NCBI GenBank assembly: GCA_038248345.1 | Contig: JBBRXO010000026.1 | Coordinates: 1-26,273, forward strand | Reading direction: 5' to 3' | Length of the DNA: 26,273 nt | Source: Armatimonadota bacterium | Lineage (GTDB): Bacteria > Armatimonadota > Hebobacteria > CAIYQO01 | Shown: positions 15,838 through 24,917 of the stretch, piece after piece | Layout: every line of letters begins with the position of its first letter | How positions within the stretch are numbered: position 1 is the stretch's first letter | Translations under genes and position numbers: made by a program | The notes under the pieces: generated by a model | What the model was told of the DNA's origin: nothing | Seen by the model: the letters and a program-made list of their open reading frames with translations, nothing else | Database searches by the model: none

Positions 15838-16746
15838 CTATTCGGCCTGTTCGCGCGCGTGGTAGCTGCTGCGCACCAGCGGGGCGGACTCCACATGGCG
15901 GAAGCCCAGGGTCATGCCATATTCGGCGAGGGCGGCGAAATCTTCGGGCGGATAGTAGTGCTGCACCGGCAGGTGGCCGGTGGAGGGGCGCAGATACTGG
16001 CCGATGGTGACGATCTCAACTCCGGCGGCGCGGAGGTCGCGCAGTGTCTCATGCACCTCTTCCAGTGTCTCGCCTAGCCCCAGCATGATGCCGGATTTCG
16101 TCGTCAGGGTAGAATCCATCTCCTTCGCTGCCTGCAAGAGCATGAGCGAACGGTGATAATCGGCATTTTTGCGCGCCAATGAATAGAGACGCGTTACCGT
16201 CTCAATATTATGGTTCAACACCGCAGGTTTTGCATCAACCACCTGCTGTAAGGCCGCTAGATCACCCTGAAAGTCGGGGATGAGTACCTCTACTTTACAT
16301 TCGGGGGAGAGAGCGCGGATCTGGCGGATGCTCTCGGCGAAGACGAAGGCTCCGCCATCGGGAAGATCGTCGCGGGTGACCGAAGTGAGCACGGCGAAGC
16401 GCAAACCCAGCGTCGTCACCGCCGCTGCCACCCGGCGCGGCTCGTCCAGATCATACTCGCTGGGCTTGCCCACCTCCACTGCGCAGAAGGCACAGCCGCG
16501 CGTGCAGACATTGCCCAATATCAGAAAAGTAGCCGTACGCGACTGCCAGCATTCGCCGATATTGGGGCAACGCGCACTCTCGCACACGGTATGCAGCCGC
16601 TGCTCTTTCACCAGCTTCTTCAGCTCCAGATAGCCTTCCCCGCGCGGGGCAGCTACCTTCAGCCATTCCGGGCGCGCCGCCGCCCCTGCCAAGCGCGGAT
16701 CATCCGTGCGATAACGCGCGATAACGCGCACCGGTTTTTCGTTCAT
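15838..16746 (-). CDS. lipA: Lipoyl synthase (radical SAM)
   Basis: CESARCPNIGEC (CX4CX5C), CTRGCAFC (CX3CX2C), NHNIETV, GQYLRP, RSSY. Start taken at ATG 16746; the frame extends to 16779. Confidence 0.96.
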   Translation of the reverse strand: MNEKPVRVIARYRTDDPRLAGAAARPEWLKVAAPRGEGYLELKKLVKEQRLHTVCESARCPNIGECWQSRTATFLILGNVCTRGCAFCAVEVGKPSEYDLDEPRRVAAAVTTLGLRFAVLTSVTRDDLPDGGAFVFAESIRQIRALSPECKVEVLIPDFQGDLAALQQVVDAKPAVLNHNIETVTRLYSLARKNADYHRSLMLLQAAKEMDSTLTTKSGIMLGLGETLEEVHETLRDLRAAGVEIVTIGQYLRPSTGHLPVQHYYPPEDFAALAEYGMTLGFRHVESAPLVRSSYHAREQAE

Positions 16747-16785
16747 CTGTTTCCATCTTCCTGGGGTGATTGTTGACACTCATTA

Positions 16786-16881
16786 GTAGGGGCACATGGC
16801 ATGTGCCCTCGTGACGAGGTATAGGAGATATGACCAATTGAAGGTATGGTTATGAGGTGGGCACAAGCCTTGTGCCCCTAC
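16786..16881. repeat. GTAG-type REP doublet (REPIN-like)
   Basis: GTAGGGGCACATGGCATGTGCCC (16786-16808) and the inverted copy GGGCACAAGCCTTGTGCCCCTAC (16859-16881). Confidence 0.8.
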
Positions 16882-16929
16882 AATTGGGTTGTGGGCAGAA
16901 TCCTCGTTAGAGACTTACACCGCGCGTCC

Positions 16930-17958
16930 CTACTTCCTACCCTCTAATTCCCCAATCCGCTTCTCCATCTCCTTGATCCGCTTCACCATTTCGGGGAGTT
17001 TGAAGGTCAGCGCCTCGGCGCGCAGAGCTTCGCGAGAGGGGCGGGCCGGGTAGCCGCTGTAGGTGGCACCCGCCGGCACGTCACCGGTGACACCGGCCTG
17101 CGCGGCAATACGCGCACCAGCGCCAATGGTGCGGTGATCGCCCACGCCTGCCTGTCCGGCGAGGATGGCCCAGTCGCCTATCACGACGCTGCCCGCCAGC
17201 CCCACCTGCGCGATAATTATGCAATTGCTGCCGATAGTACAGTTATGCGCCACCTGCACGTGGTTGTCGATCTTAGTGCCGCGCCCGACGACGGTGCGCC
17301 CGGTGGTGGCGCGATCCACGGTGCTGTTGGCGCCGATCTCTACGTCATCCTCGATCACCACCGTGCCCAGGTGGGCGATCTTCTCCCAGCCTGCTGGCGT
17401 GGGGTTGTAGCCGAAGCCGTCACCAGCGATCACCACCCCCGCATGGAGCGCCACCCGGTCGCCGATAGTGCAGTAATCGTAGATAGTGACGTGGGAATAG
17501 ATCAGACAATCAACCCCGATGGTGACGTCGTTGCCGATACACGCCTGCGCGCCGACCATGGTGTTCGCGCCGATAACGGAGTTCATCCCGATGGTGGCTA
17601 ATGCGCCGACGGAGGCGGAAGGGTCGATCTCTGCCGTCGGGTCGACGACAGCGGAAGGATGGACGCCCGGCTTCACCCCAACGCGCCAGTCAAAGATCGC
17701 CAGCACCTGGCTGAAGACCGTGCGCATATCGCCCGCCACCTGCACCACCGGCTTCACCGTGCTGGTGACGCCCACCGGCGCCAGTAGCGCAGCGGCAGCG
17801 GTACCCTCCGCCTCGGCCAACAGGCTCACGTCTTTGATGTAAATCAAATCACCCGGCCCAGCGCCATCCAGCCCCGCCACCCCGCAAATCCGCGTGTCCC
17901 CCGCGCCAATCAACTGCCCACCCAGTAAATCCGCCAACTCCGCCAACGAAATATCCAC
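16930..17958 (-). CDS. lpxD: UDP-3-O-(3-hydroxyacyl)glucosamine N-acyltransferase
   Basis: N-terminal LAELA..LGG, hexapeptide repeats, [45 protein letters not shown] start with SD GAGGTG. Confidence 0.96.
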   Translation of the reverse strand: MDISLAELADLLGGQLIGAGDTRICGVAGLDGAGPGDLIYIKDVSLLAEAEGTAAAALLAPVGVTSTVKPVVQVAGDMRTVFSQVLAIFDWRVGVKPGVHPSAVVDPTAEIDPSASVGALATIGMNSVIGANTMVGAQACIGNDVTIGVDCLIYSHVTIYDYCTIGDRVALHAGVVIAGDGFGYNPTPAGWEKIAHLGTVVIEDDVEIGANSTVDRATTGRTVVGRGTKIDNHVQVAHNCTIGSNCIIIAQVGLAGSVVIGDWAILAGQAGVGDHRTIGAGARIAAQAGVTGDVPAGATYSGYPARPSREALRAEALTFKLPEMVKRIKEMEKRIGELEGRK

Positions 17959-18038
17959 ATAGCACCTCTTTCGTAACTACTATAATTATTCTGCGTTGGG
18001 CGGGGGATTCCTGCAAGGATTCGGCAGAGGGGATATTA

Positions 18039-18167
18039 CGCTAGGATTGAAATCCCGGCTGCAGGGCGCGACGCGCCGGTCGTCCGCCTTCGCGGACTTT
18101 TCTGAACCGAATGATAGCGCGCTTTAGCGTGCTTGCCGTTGTTAGCCACCTCCTTCAGGGGGTGGTG
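18039..18167 (+). repeat. Composite REP-like element, copy A
   Basis: Reverse-complement match to 21507-21645, with shared blocks GGATTGAAATCCCGGCTGCAGGGCGC, CCTTCGCGGACTTTTC and TTGTTAGCCACCTCCTTCAGGGG. Confidence 0.85.
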
Positions 18168-18188
18168 TTAAGATTTTTACCCCGTTCT

Positions 18189-18213
18189 CATGGGCGGGAC
18201 GCCCATGCTACGG
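18189..18213. repeat. REP-like palindrome (copy 2; GTAG on the minus strand)
   Basis: CATGGGCGGGACGCCCATGCTACGG matches 5497-5520. Confidence 0.7.
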
Positions 18214-18278
18214 AACTTGGAAACCAACCTTGTCTTTTCCCCCATTCCCCCGCATAATTACAGCATTAACGGAGGTGG

Positions 18279-19529
18279 ATGATGCGGGCGGAGATATTTT
18301 CTATTGGGACAGAGTTGCTGTTGGGGCAGATTGTGGATACCAACGCGGCGTTTATCGCGCAGCGGCTGGCGGAGGTGGGGGTGTCGCTCTTCTATAAGAG
18401 CACAGTGGGCGACAACCCGGAGCGGCTGCGGGCGGAGTTGCAACGCGGATACGACCGCTCGGATATCATCATCTGCACGGGCGGGCTGGGGCCTACTGAG
18501 GACGACATTACCGCGGCGGGCATCGCCGATGTGTGGGGTGCGCCGCTGGAGATCTTCCCGGAGGCGCAGGAGTTTGTGGAGGGGATCTTCCGCAGCCGCG
18601 GCTTCACGCTGACGGCCAACCAACTGAAGCAGGCGATGCTGCCCGCTGGCGCGGTGATGATCCCCAACCCGGTGGGCACTGCGCCCGGCTTCATGCTCAC
18701 CGTGGACGGGCGCACCGCCATTGTGCTGCCCGGCCCGCCGAATGAGATGGGCCCGATGTGGCGCGCCACCGTGGCCCCTTACCTGCAGGCACGCAGCGGC
18801 CAGGTGATCACCTCGCGCACGCTCCGCTTCTGTGGCATCGGCGAGGGTGCGCTGGAGCTGAAGTTACGCGACGTCATCCACGCGCAACAGAACCCCACCG
18901 TGGCCCCCTATGCCAAGACCGGCGAGGTGCATATCCGTATCACCGCCCTCGCGGGTACCGATGCCGAGGCGCGCGCGCTCATCGCCCCGGTAGAGAAGAG
19001 CATCCGCGAGATCGCCGGTGAGTACATCTACGGCGTGGACGAGGAAACGCTGGAGGAGGCTATGGGCATCACGCTGCGCGCGCGCGGCCTGACGCTGGCG
19101 GTGGCGGAGTCCTGCACCGGTGGCCTGCTGGGTGGGCGTATCACCGGTGTGCCGGGCAGCAGCGACTATTTCCTCGGGGGCGTCATCAGCTACAGTAATG
19201 AGGTGAAAATGAAAATCCTCGGCGTCTCCCTGGCCACACTGGATGCGCATGGCGCGGTGAGTGCCGAGACGGCCATCGAGATGGCGGTGGGGGCAACGTG
19301 CGCCACCGGGGCGGATATCGGCGTAAGTATCACCGGCGTCGCCGGGCCGGGCGGTGGCAGCGCCGAGAAGCCGGTGGGCACCGTCTACATCGGCCTCGCC
19401 GTCCCTGGTGTGACTCCGCGCGCGCTGCGTGCCGACCTCTGGGGCGACCGCGCCACTATTCGCCAGCGCGCGGTGCAGCGGGCGCTACTGGAGCTGCACA
19501 ATGAATTGGCCCGCCTGGAGGAGAACTGA
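18279..19529 (+). CDS. cinA: Competence/damage-inducible protein A (MoCF-like + PncC NMN deamidase domains)
   Basis: IGTELLLGQIVDTNA, VGDN, TGGLGPTEDDIT, GTAPG, LPGPPNEM, AESCTGG, PGSSDYF, GAVS, ITGVAGPGG. SD GGAGGT. Confidence 0.95.
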   Translation: MMRAEIFSIGTELLLGQIVDTNAAFIAQRLAEVGVSLFYKSTVGDNPERLRAELQRGYDRSDIIICTGGLGPTEDDITAAGIADVWGAPLEIFPEAQEFVEGIFRSRGFTLTANQLKQAMLPAGAVMIPNPVGTAPGFMLTVDGRTAIVLPGPPNEMGPMWRATVAPYLQARSGQVITSRTLRFCGIGEGALELKLRDVIHAQQNPTVAPYAKTGEVHIRITALAGTDAEARALIAPVEKSIREIAGEYIYGVDEETLEEAMGITLRARGLTLAVAESCTGGLLGGRITGVPGSSDYFLGGVISYSNEVKMKILGVSLATLDAHGAVSAETAIEMAVGATCATGADIGVSITGVAGPGGGSAEKPVGTVYIGLAVPGVTPRALRADLWGDRATIRQRAVQRALLELHNELARLEEN

Positions 19530-19741
19530 TGCCCGAAATACCTGACGTAATCGGCTACCGCCCCGCCGAAGCCGAGGAAACGCTGACCGCCGCCGGCTAC
19601 ACCGTAACCCAGCTAATCGCTGATCCCCCGCGCTGGATGCCCGCCAACCACAGCCCGCGGGTAGGCCGCCAACGCCTGCTGGCAGATGGCACGATAGAGC
19701 TGCTGATAGTAGAGGTGCCGGAAAGCCCGGACGGGGAGTGA
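19529..19741 (+). CDS. Small stand-alone PASTA-like domain protein
   Basis: IPDVIGY..AEAEETLTAAGYTV...RVGRQ...GTIELLI fits a single PASTA fold. It is coupled to cinA through a TGATG stop/start overlap. Confidence 0.7.
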   Translation: MPEIPDVIGYRPAEAEETLTAAGYTVTQLIADPPRWMPANHSPRVGRQRLLADGTIELLIVEVPESPDGE

Positions 19742-19800
19742 GAAAATAAAGCCTGGTGCGCAACCCCTGGGAACGCCAATCTCCGCATTGGCCCGTACCG

Positions 19801-20721
19801 TCACCCCTGCAGCCGCACCACATTCGGCTTCCAGCCCAGCTCTTTCAGCGCGGTTAGGTAGTCTGTTTCGGTCATCTCCGCGGGCTTTTTGCCGGTGAGG
19901 GCGACGATTACGCCTTCCATTACGTTGGTGCCGAAGCTGCGGCCGTCGAAGTTGGGGGTGGTACCGATGAGGAGCGCCGCGCCGCGCTCGCGCAGTAGTT
20001 CTACGTCGGCGGCGGTGGTGGTGTTGGTGATGATCACCTTGCCGTCGAGACGCGCGGGCATGTAGCGGCGAATGAAGAGGAAGTCGCCGGCGATGACGTC
20101 GGCCCAGTCGAAGTATTTGCCGTGCTTGTTGCTGACGATCTTCTCCTGCTTGCTGCCGGTGGGGTACATGATGCTGAAGGGCAAGCGGCAGAGGATGGGC
20201 AGCAGCAGGTCGGCGGCGAATTTCAGCGCACCCATGGAGCGCATGGGGATGGGCAGCCCCAGCCCGAAGATGAGGTCGCCGAAGATCACCTCCGCGCCCA
20301 GCCCGGGCAGCGCCTCCGCCATGCCGAAGCGGTCTACCGCCGAGACCAGCAGCACTTTCTTGCCGCAGAAGTCGTACCGCCCCTCGTTTTGCAGTTGCAG
20401 TACCGCGTTGCGCTCCAGCGTGTGCTTCAGCCCCGAGCCATCCACCACCGGGGTGATCTTTGCCATGCGCGCCAGCTTCAGCGCGTCCTGGATGACGAAA
20501 CGGCGTCCGGCAGCGATGAGGTAAAGGTCGATGCCCCCCAGCCCAATGGCGTCCACCTTGCCGTCCAGTTCTGCAATGAGCCGCTGTGCCGCCGCCATGT
20601 CGCCGTCGGTACCGCGCCGTTCAATAAGCACCTCACGCCCGCCGAAAGAAGCCGTAACAGATTTATCCCGCGTGGTAGAGCCGAGGCTGACGGAGACGAC
20701 ATGGAGGGGGCGTGTGGACAT
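19801..20721 (-). CDS. Conserved protein of the family usually auto-annotated 'quinate 5-dehydrogenase' (function unverified)
   Basis: VVSVSLGSTTRD, ERRGTDGD, ELDGKVDAIGLGGID, PVVDGSGLK.TLER, DRFGMA, GRSFGTNVMEG. Confidence 0.75.
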   Translation of the reverse strand: MSTRPLHVVSVSLGSTTRDKSVTASFGGREVLIERRGTDGDMAAAQRLIAELDGKVDAIGLGGIDLYLIAAGRRFVIQDALKLARMAKITPVVDGSGLKHTLERNAVLQLQNEGRYDFCGKKVLLVSAVDRFGMAEALPGLGAEVIFGDLIFGLGLPIPMRSMGALKFAADLLLPILCRLPFSIMYPTGSKQEKIVSNKHGKYFDWADVIAGDFLFIRRYMPARLDGKVIITNTTTAADVELLRERGAALLIGTTPNFDGRSFGTNVMEGVIVALTGKKPAEMTETDYLTALKELGWKPNVVRLQG

Positions 20722-20750
20722 AGTGATTACCTGCTTAGGTCTGTAGGTCT

Positions 20751-20800
20751 ACCTAACCCCCATCCCCTTCCCCGCGAGGGAAGGGGATGGGGGGTTAGGT
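20751..20800. repeat. Strong GC-rich palindrome (REP-like or terminator-like) between co-oriented genes
   Basis: ACCTAACCCCCATCCCCTTCCC (20751-20772) / GGGAAGGGGATGGGGGGTTAGGT (20778-20800) form a 22-bp stem with one bulged G. Confidence 0.75.
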
Positions 20801-20806
20801 TATCCT

Positions 20807-21349
20807 TTACTCTTCTTCGGCGAAAAAGAATTCGGCGCCGGTGTCGAATTTATTGGCAAAGGCTTCCGGGTCATCCTGGAACGAGGTGGCGATTTTCTGC
20901 TCGCCGAAGGCCTGGAAAGTGGCCACCAGCAGCGCCATAGTGGCTTTGTCGAACTCCTGATGCAGCGCTTCGTAATCTTCCGGCACGGAGGCGACGTTGC
21001 CTTCCAGATAGGCGTCGGGGTCGATACTGTACTTCTTCTCCATCTCTTCAAAGCGAGCCTGAAAATCACGCTCGTACAGTTCGCCGGAGCGGTCTTCCGC
21101 GATTGCCTGGATGGCCCACACCAGCAGGAAGAACGAAGCGTCATCGGGCAGCACTTCCGCTTTGCGCAAGGCCTGATAAAGCGCGACGCGGTCATCTAGC
21201 TCTGACTCCAGATCCAACTCGGCCGCGCGGTCATACCATTCGGTACCTTCCAGCTTTTCCAACAAGGCTTCATCGAGATCAGCTACAAACATATCCTCAT
21301 CGAAAATCTCGACATCGGATAATTCCTCATCAAATTTATCAGTAGTCAT
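20807..21349 (-). CDS. Highly acidic hypothetical protein
   Basis: 180 aa from ATG 21349 (SD AAGGGG). Hand count gives about 50 D/E against about 14 K/R. Confidence 0.8.
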   Translation of the reverse strand: MTTDKFDEELSDVEIFDEDMFVADLDEALLEKLEGTEWYDRAAELDLESELDDRVALYQALRKAEVLPDDASFFLLVWAIQAIAEDRSGELYERDFQARFEEMEKKYSIDPDAYLEGNVASVPEDYEALHQEFDKATMALLVATFQAFGEQKIATSFQDDPEAFANKFDTGAEFFFAEEE

Positions 21350-21506
21350 AATATCCCCTTTCATTTAATTGAGCATCCTGCGCGGAGGCAACCATCAATC
21401 TCGCCGCCCCTCAAAATTGCTATTATCGGCAATAAACCGCAAAAAGCGTTGGCATATTGTACCATAGAATTGGCGATGTGGCATTAGTGGTTTGAGAGAA
21501 GTCCTT

Positions 21507-21645
21507 CACCACCCCTGAAGGAGGTGGCTAACAACCCGCCGTCGCCATCCTGGCTATGGCGGACAGGCGGCAAGCGCGCTATTGTTCGGGCCCGAAAAGT
21601 CCGCGAAGGTGGAAGCGCCCTGCAGCCGGGATTTCAATCCCAGCG
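21507..21645 (-). repeat. Composite REP-like element, copy B (inverted relative to 18039-18167), carrying a 33-bp insertion
   Basis: Reverse-complement alignment to copy A. The extra segment CCCGCCGTCGCCATCCTGGCTATGGCGGACAGG lies at 21535-21567. Confidence 0.85.
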
Positions 21646-21741
21646 GGAATATGAGCCTCTGATCTTGATATTCCTCCTCTTCAGGGTTATACTGCACAAT
21701 AATCTGTTTTACACGGAAACGCCGTTACCGGGGGAGAAACT

Positions 21742-23934
21742 ATGCGAGTTATTATCTGCTTTTGTTGTGTTATGCTGTGTGCGATAATGGGATTAGCGGC
21801 CGGGCAGGCAGGCGCGAAGGTCGCCCAGCCGTATGTGTTTACCGATGACACCGCCGTCATCACCGTGCCCACTGCTGGCGCTGATATCGCTTACACAGTG
21901 AAGACGATCACCGCCGCTGGCTGGGGGCCGGTGGCGACGGTGACTGCCGCCGTTGTGGATCATACAGTGAAGGTTACCCCGCTTTGCGAAGGCATTCATA
22001 TCGTCACCTTCCCGACGACTCCCCCGCAGGAAGTGCGCTTTCTCGCACTTCAGCCCCCGCCCGCTATCGACAAGCGCCGGGTAGCAGCGAATCTACCACT
22101 CTCCAGTCGCAAATTGCTGCACGGCGAGAAATATACCTTGCTCTCGATGGGCGATTCAGTCACCAATACCGGAGATTACGAAAGCATGCTGGTGATGCTC
22201 TTGCAGCGTGCCACTGGCAACAAAAATATCACCTTTATCGACCGCTCATACCCCGGGCGCTCCGTCGATGCTTCCGTGCGCTTTTTCCCCGAGGATGCGC
22301 TGACGATCCATCCTGACCTGGGTGTTATCATGTACGGGTTGAACGACCAGGCCGCCGGGTGCGCAGTAGAGGGTTATCTGGATCAATACCATTGGCTCCG
22401 CACGCAACTGGCCGTGAAATGCCAGGCGGACAGCATATTTATGACGCCTACCCCTGATATCAGCCTGGGTGACATACCAGGACCATATGGAGAATATATC
22501 CTGCGCACATTCGGCTTCGCCGCTCGCCTCACCACTTTTGCCAATGCGAATAAGATCCCTCTGGCAGATACCTTCCATGCCGTGTGGGGAAAAGGTGGGG
22601 AAACGCTGGATGCCACCGGGATCACGTTGTGGCCTAAATACCCGCAAGGCTATAGCGCACAATTTACCTCTATGATGGAGACCGAGGGCCGCGGTGACGG
22701 AATCCACATCAATGTTCTCGGTCATCTAAGCGTCGCGCAGGCCGCCTTTCGCGCCATCACGGGGATTGCCCCTGCTCCGTTGCCGTTGTCCTTTACTGCC
22801 ACCAGCAACTGGACGGACAACGGGGTGGTGAGCAACGTCACCGTCAAAAACATCTCCCACGAAACACGTAGCGGAAAATTGTCGCTGTACCCGATCCCCG
22901 ATGGCGCAGTCGCTACCACTTATGATGGGCAATACATCCTGAAACCGGGCGCAAAAACTACTTTCCAGGTCAGCTGGCCGCAGATAAAGACTCCGGAAGA
23001 TCTGCTGAAATATCCGAATAACCAGTACATCACGCCCTATCAGCCGCTATTCAGCGTGTTTGACGCCGCGGCGGGTGGTGGTGTGCTTTACTACCTGGAG
23101 GCGCCCTTTGTGGTTGATGCCAATTTCACCCGCGAGCGTCTGCGAGTAGTAGGCCAGACGGCTACGGTGACGTTGCAGCAGGGGAAGCGGCGTACGCCAG
23201 TGACGGTGACCATCCCCGACGGCGCGGAAGTTGGCCGTATCCCGCTGGTACAGAAGATAGAAAAACGGGGGAAGACGGGCTATGCGACGGCGGAGATCGC
23301 CTATACCCGCTACGGTGCCGCACGTACCGGCGAGGCCACTGTGGATGGCGACCTGCAGGAATGGGATGCCCACCACTGGTCTCCAGTGGGCGATCCCGTA
23401 CAGGCGCGCTGGACGCAGGGGATAATTGATGGCCGCACTACTCCGCAGGAATGTCAGCTGAACTGGGCGTTCAAAGCGGGGCAGAAAGGCGTCTTCTTTG
23501 CCGCCAAAGGCACCGGGAAATTGACAAAGGATCGTTTCACGCTCTTCTTCGACAATCGCGCCCCCGAGTTGCTGGGCACCCCCGGACGCTACTATTGGGT
23601 AAGCGGGAACATCGGCGCCGCGGGCAAAATAGAGCTGGGCAAGGGGGAAACCTCCGCCGTGGCCACTGGCATGACCGGTGCCTGGCGCGCGACCCCGGAA
23701 GGAATAGCGCTGGAGCTGTTCATCCCCTATGACCTGCTGGAAGCCACCGCCTGGCCCGCCCGCGGGGATCTGGGCCTCTCCATCTGGTGGGTACATACCA
23801 ACACCAAAGATGCCAAAGGCACCAACCTCTTCTGGTCAGAGGACGGCCAACCCTGGAGCACCCGCTGGTACGGCGTAGTGACACTGGACGATACCGGAAC
23901 CAAACCGTTGCCTTATATGGTTCGGGTTAAGTAG
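21742..23934 (+). CDS. Secreted SGNH/GDSL hydrolase with C-terminal beta-sandwich (CBM9-like) domains
   Basis: Signal peptide, block I MGDSVT, block II YPG, block III YGLND, block V GDGIHIN, and C-terminal TVDGDLQEW typical of CBM9/DOMON-like modules. Confidence 0.85.
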   Translation: MRVIICFCCVMLCAIMGLAAGQAGAKVAQPYVFTDDTAVITVPTAGADIAYTVKTITAAGWGPVATVTAAVVDHTVKVTPLCEGIHIVTFPTTPPQEVRFLALQPPPAIDKRRVAANLPLSSRKLLHGEKYTLLSMGDSVTNTGDYESMLVMLLQRATGNKNITFIDRSYPGRSVDASVRFFPEDALTIHPDLGVIMYGLNDQAAGCAVEGYLDQYHWLRTQLAVKCQADSIFMTPTPDISLGDIPGPYGEYILRTFGFAARLTTFANANKIPLADTFHAVWGKGGETLDATGITLWPKYPQGYSAQFTSMMETEGRGDGIHINVLGHLSVAQAAFRAITGIAPAPLPLSFTATSNWTDNGVVSNVTVKNISHETRSGKLSLYPIPDGAVATTYDGQYILKPGAKTTFQVSWPQIKTPEDLLKYPNNQYITPYQPLFSVFDAAAGGGVLYYLEAPFVVDANFTRERLRVVGQTATVTLQQGKRRTPVTVTIPDGAEVGRIPLVQKIEKRGKTGYATAEIAYTRYGAARTGEATVDGDLQEWDAHHWSPVGDPVQARWTQGIIDGRTTPQECQLNWAFKAGQKGVFFAAKGTGKLTKDRFTLFFDNRAPELLGTPGRYYWVSGNIGAAGKIELGKGETSAVATGMTGAWRATPEGIALELFIPYDLLEATAWPARGDLGLSIWWVHTNTKDAKGTNLFWSEDGQPWSTRWYGVVTLDDTGTKPLPYMVRVK

Positions 23935-23971
23935 GTAGGGGCGGAAGGTGGCAATGCGGTATGATGATGTC

Positions 23972-24262
23972 TTAACTAGCCTTCCGTTCATACCGCCTTT
24001 GCCGCGCCATGTTCAACTGGTAAAAACTCTCCAGATTCAACCACAATTCCGCGCTGGTGCCAAAAGCCTCCGCCAGGTCCAGCGCGGTGTCGGCGGTGAT
24101 GCCTTTGTGGCCATTGATGATCCCGTTGATCAATTGCACCGGTCGCCCGATCTTCTCCGCGAGCGCCTTCTGCGAAATTCCCCACTCCTCCAGCGTCTCC
24201 TTCAGAATCTCTCCGGGATGTATGGCAATGGCCGGTATTAAATTGTTATGCGTCTGCATCAT
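23972..24262 (-). CDS. higA: HigA antitoxin (HTH)
   Basis: IHPGEILKE, ISQKALAEKIG, INGIINGHKGITADTALDL, FGTSAELWLNL. Confidence 0.92.
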   Translation of the reverse strand: MMQTHNNLIPAIAIHPGEILKETLEEWGISQKALAEKIGRPVQLINGIINGHKGITADTALDLAEAFGTSAELWLNLESFYQLNMARQRRYERKAS

Positions 24263-24293
24263 GGTCGTTTTTCCTTATCACACTGGTTATTCA

Positions 24294-24590
24294 TCATTTG
24301 TGATAGTCGATGATCTCGATTATCAGTAAGTAGTTCCCCTGCTTATCCTGTTCAATAGTGAAGATCAGGCGGTATTGATCATTGAGTCGAATGGCATGTT
24401 GGCCTTCGCGATCACCACGAAGCTTTTCCATGCGTTTACCTTTTAGCGCTCGGATATCACGCTCATCCTTCGCCGTCGCGATAATTGCCATAACACGAAA
24501 AAATGCCTTAATTACACTGTACTGGTACTTCAAACTGACACCAGTCTGATATAAATTCACCAGGTCATGGTTTTTAAAAACAAAACGCAT
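24294..24590 (-). CDS. higB: HigB toxin (RelE/ParE superfamily mRNA interferase)
   Basis: MRFVFKN...EKLRGDREGQHAIRLNDQYRLIF...IIDYH. The toxin is upstream of the antitoxin, as in higBA. ATG 24590 follows SD AGGGTG. Confidence 0.92.
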   Translation of the reverse strand: MRFVFKNHDLVNLYQTGVSLKYQYSVIKAFFRVMAIIATAKDERDIRALKGKRMEKLRGDREGQHAIRLNDQYRLIFTIEQDKQGNYLLIIEIIDYHK

Positions 24591-24628
24591 TAAAAACACC
24601 CTATCACGGAATCACCTAACCTATGTTT

Positions 24629-24657
24629 ATTATCGTATGACAGCATGTATTTGTCAA
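24629..24657 (-). promoter_or_regulatory. higBA promoter with an overlapping candidate operator
   Basis: Minus strand reads TTGACA (24657-24652), 17 nt, GATAAT (24634-24629). The inverted repeat TGACA-N9-TGTCA (24638-24656) overlaps the -35. Confidence 0.7.
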
Positions 24658-24785
24658 TGGGTTATTTCTCATAAACTGGCACTCGTTTTACCCCTGAAAA
24701 CATAAGGTAGCCCCGGAGGAGCGACAGAAACAAACCGCTCTCCCCGCCACCTTCGGGGCGGGATAATAGTTTGGGGGATCTGGCA

Positions 24786-24842
24786 CCACGGGTTGCGTGC
24801 CGATACTCGCTTCACTCATATAGGCGCTTCACCCGTGGCTAA
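24786..24842. repeat. Degenerate REP-like palindrome upstream of aroA
   Basis: CCACGGGT (24786-24793) ... ACCCGTGG (24831-24838), with a further GC hairpin near 24740-24762. Confidence 0.4.
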
Positions 24843-24917
24843 CATCTTTTGCCCTTTCATTGCAATCACCCACTCCCACAAAGGAATCCCCCTTACTCCT
24901 GGCGAAATAATATCACC

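Noticed and set aside
18039..18213. Structured RNA or riboswitch upstream of cinA
   Set aside because: The sequence recurs inverted at 21507 and in part at 4358 and 5497, before unrelated genes, which fits dispersed repeats better.
20072..20940. Plus-strand ORFs of 150 and 272 aa
   Set aside because: They are antisense to two well-supported minus-strand genes and run across the 20751 palindrome.
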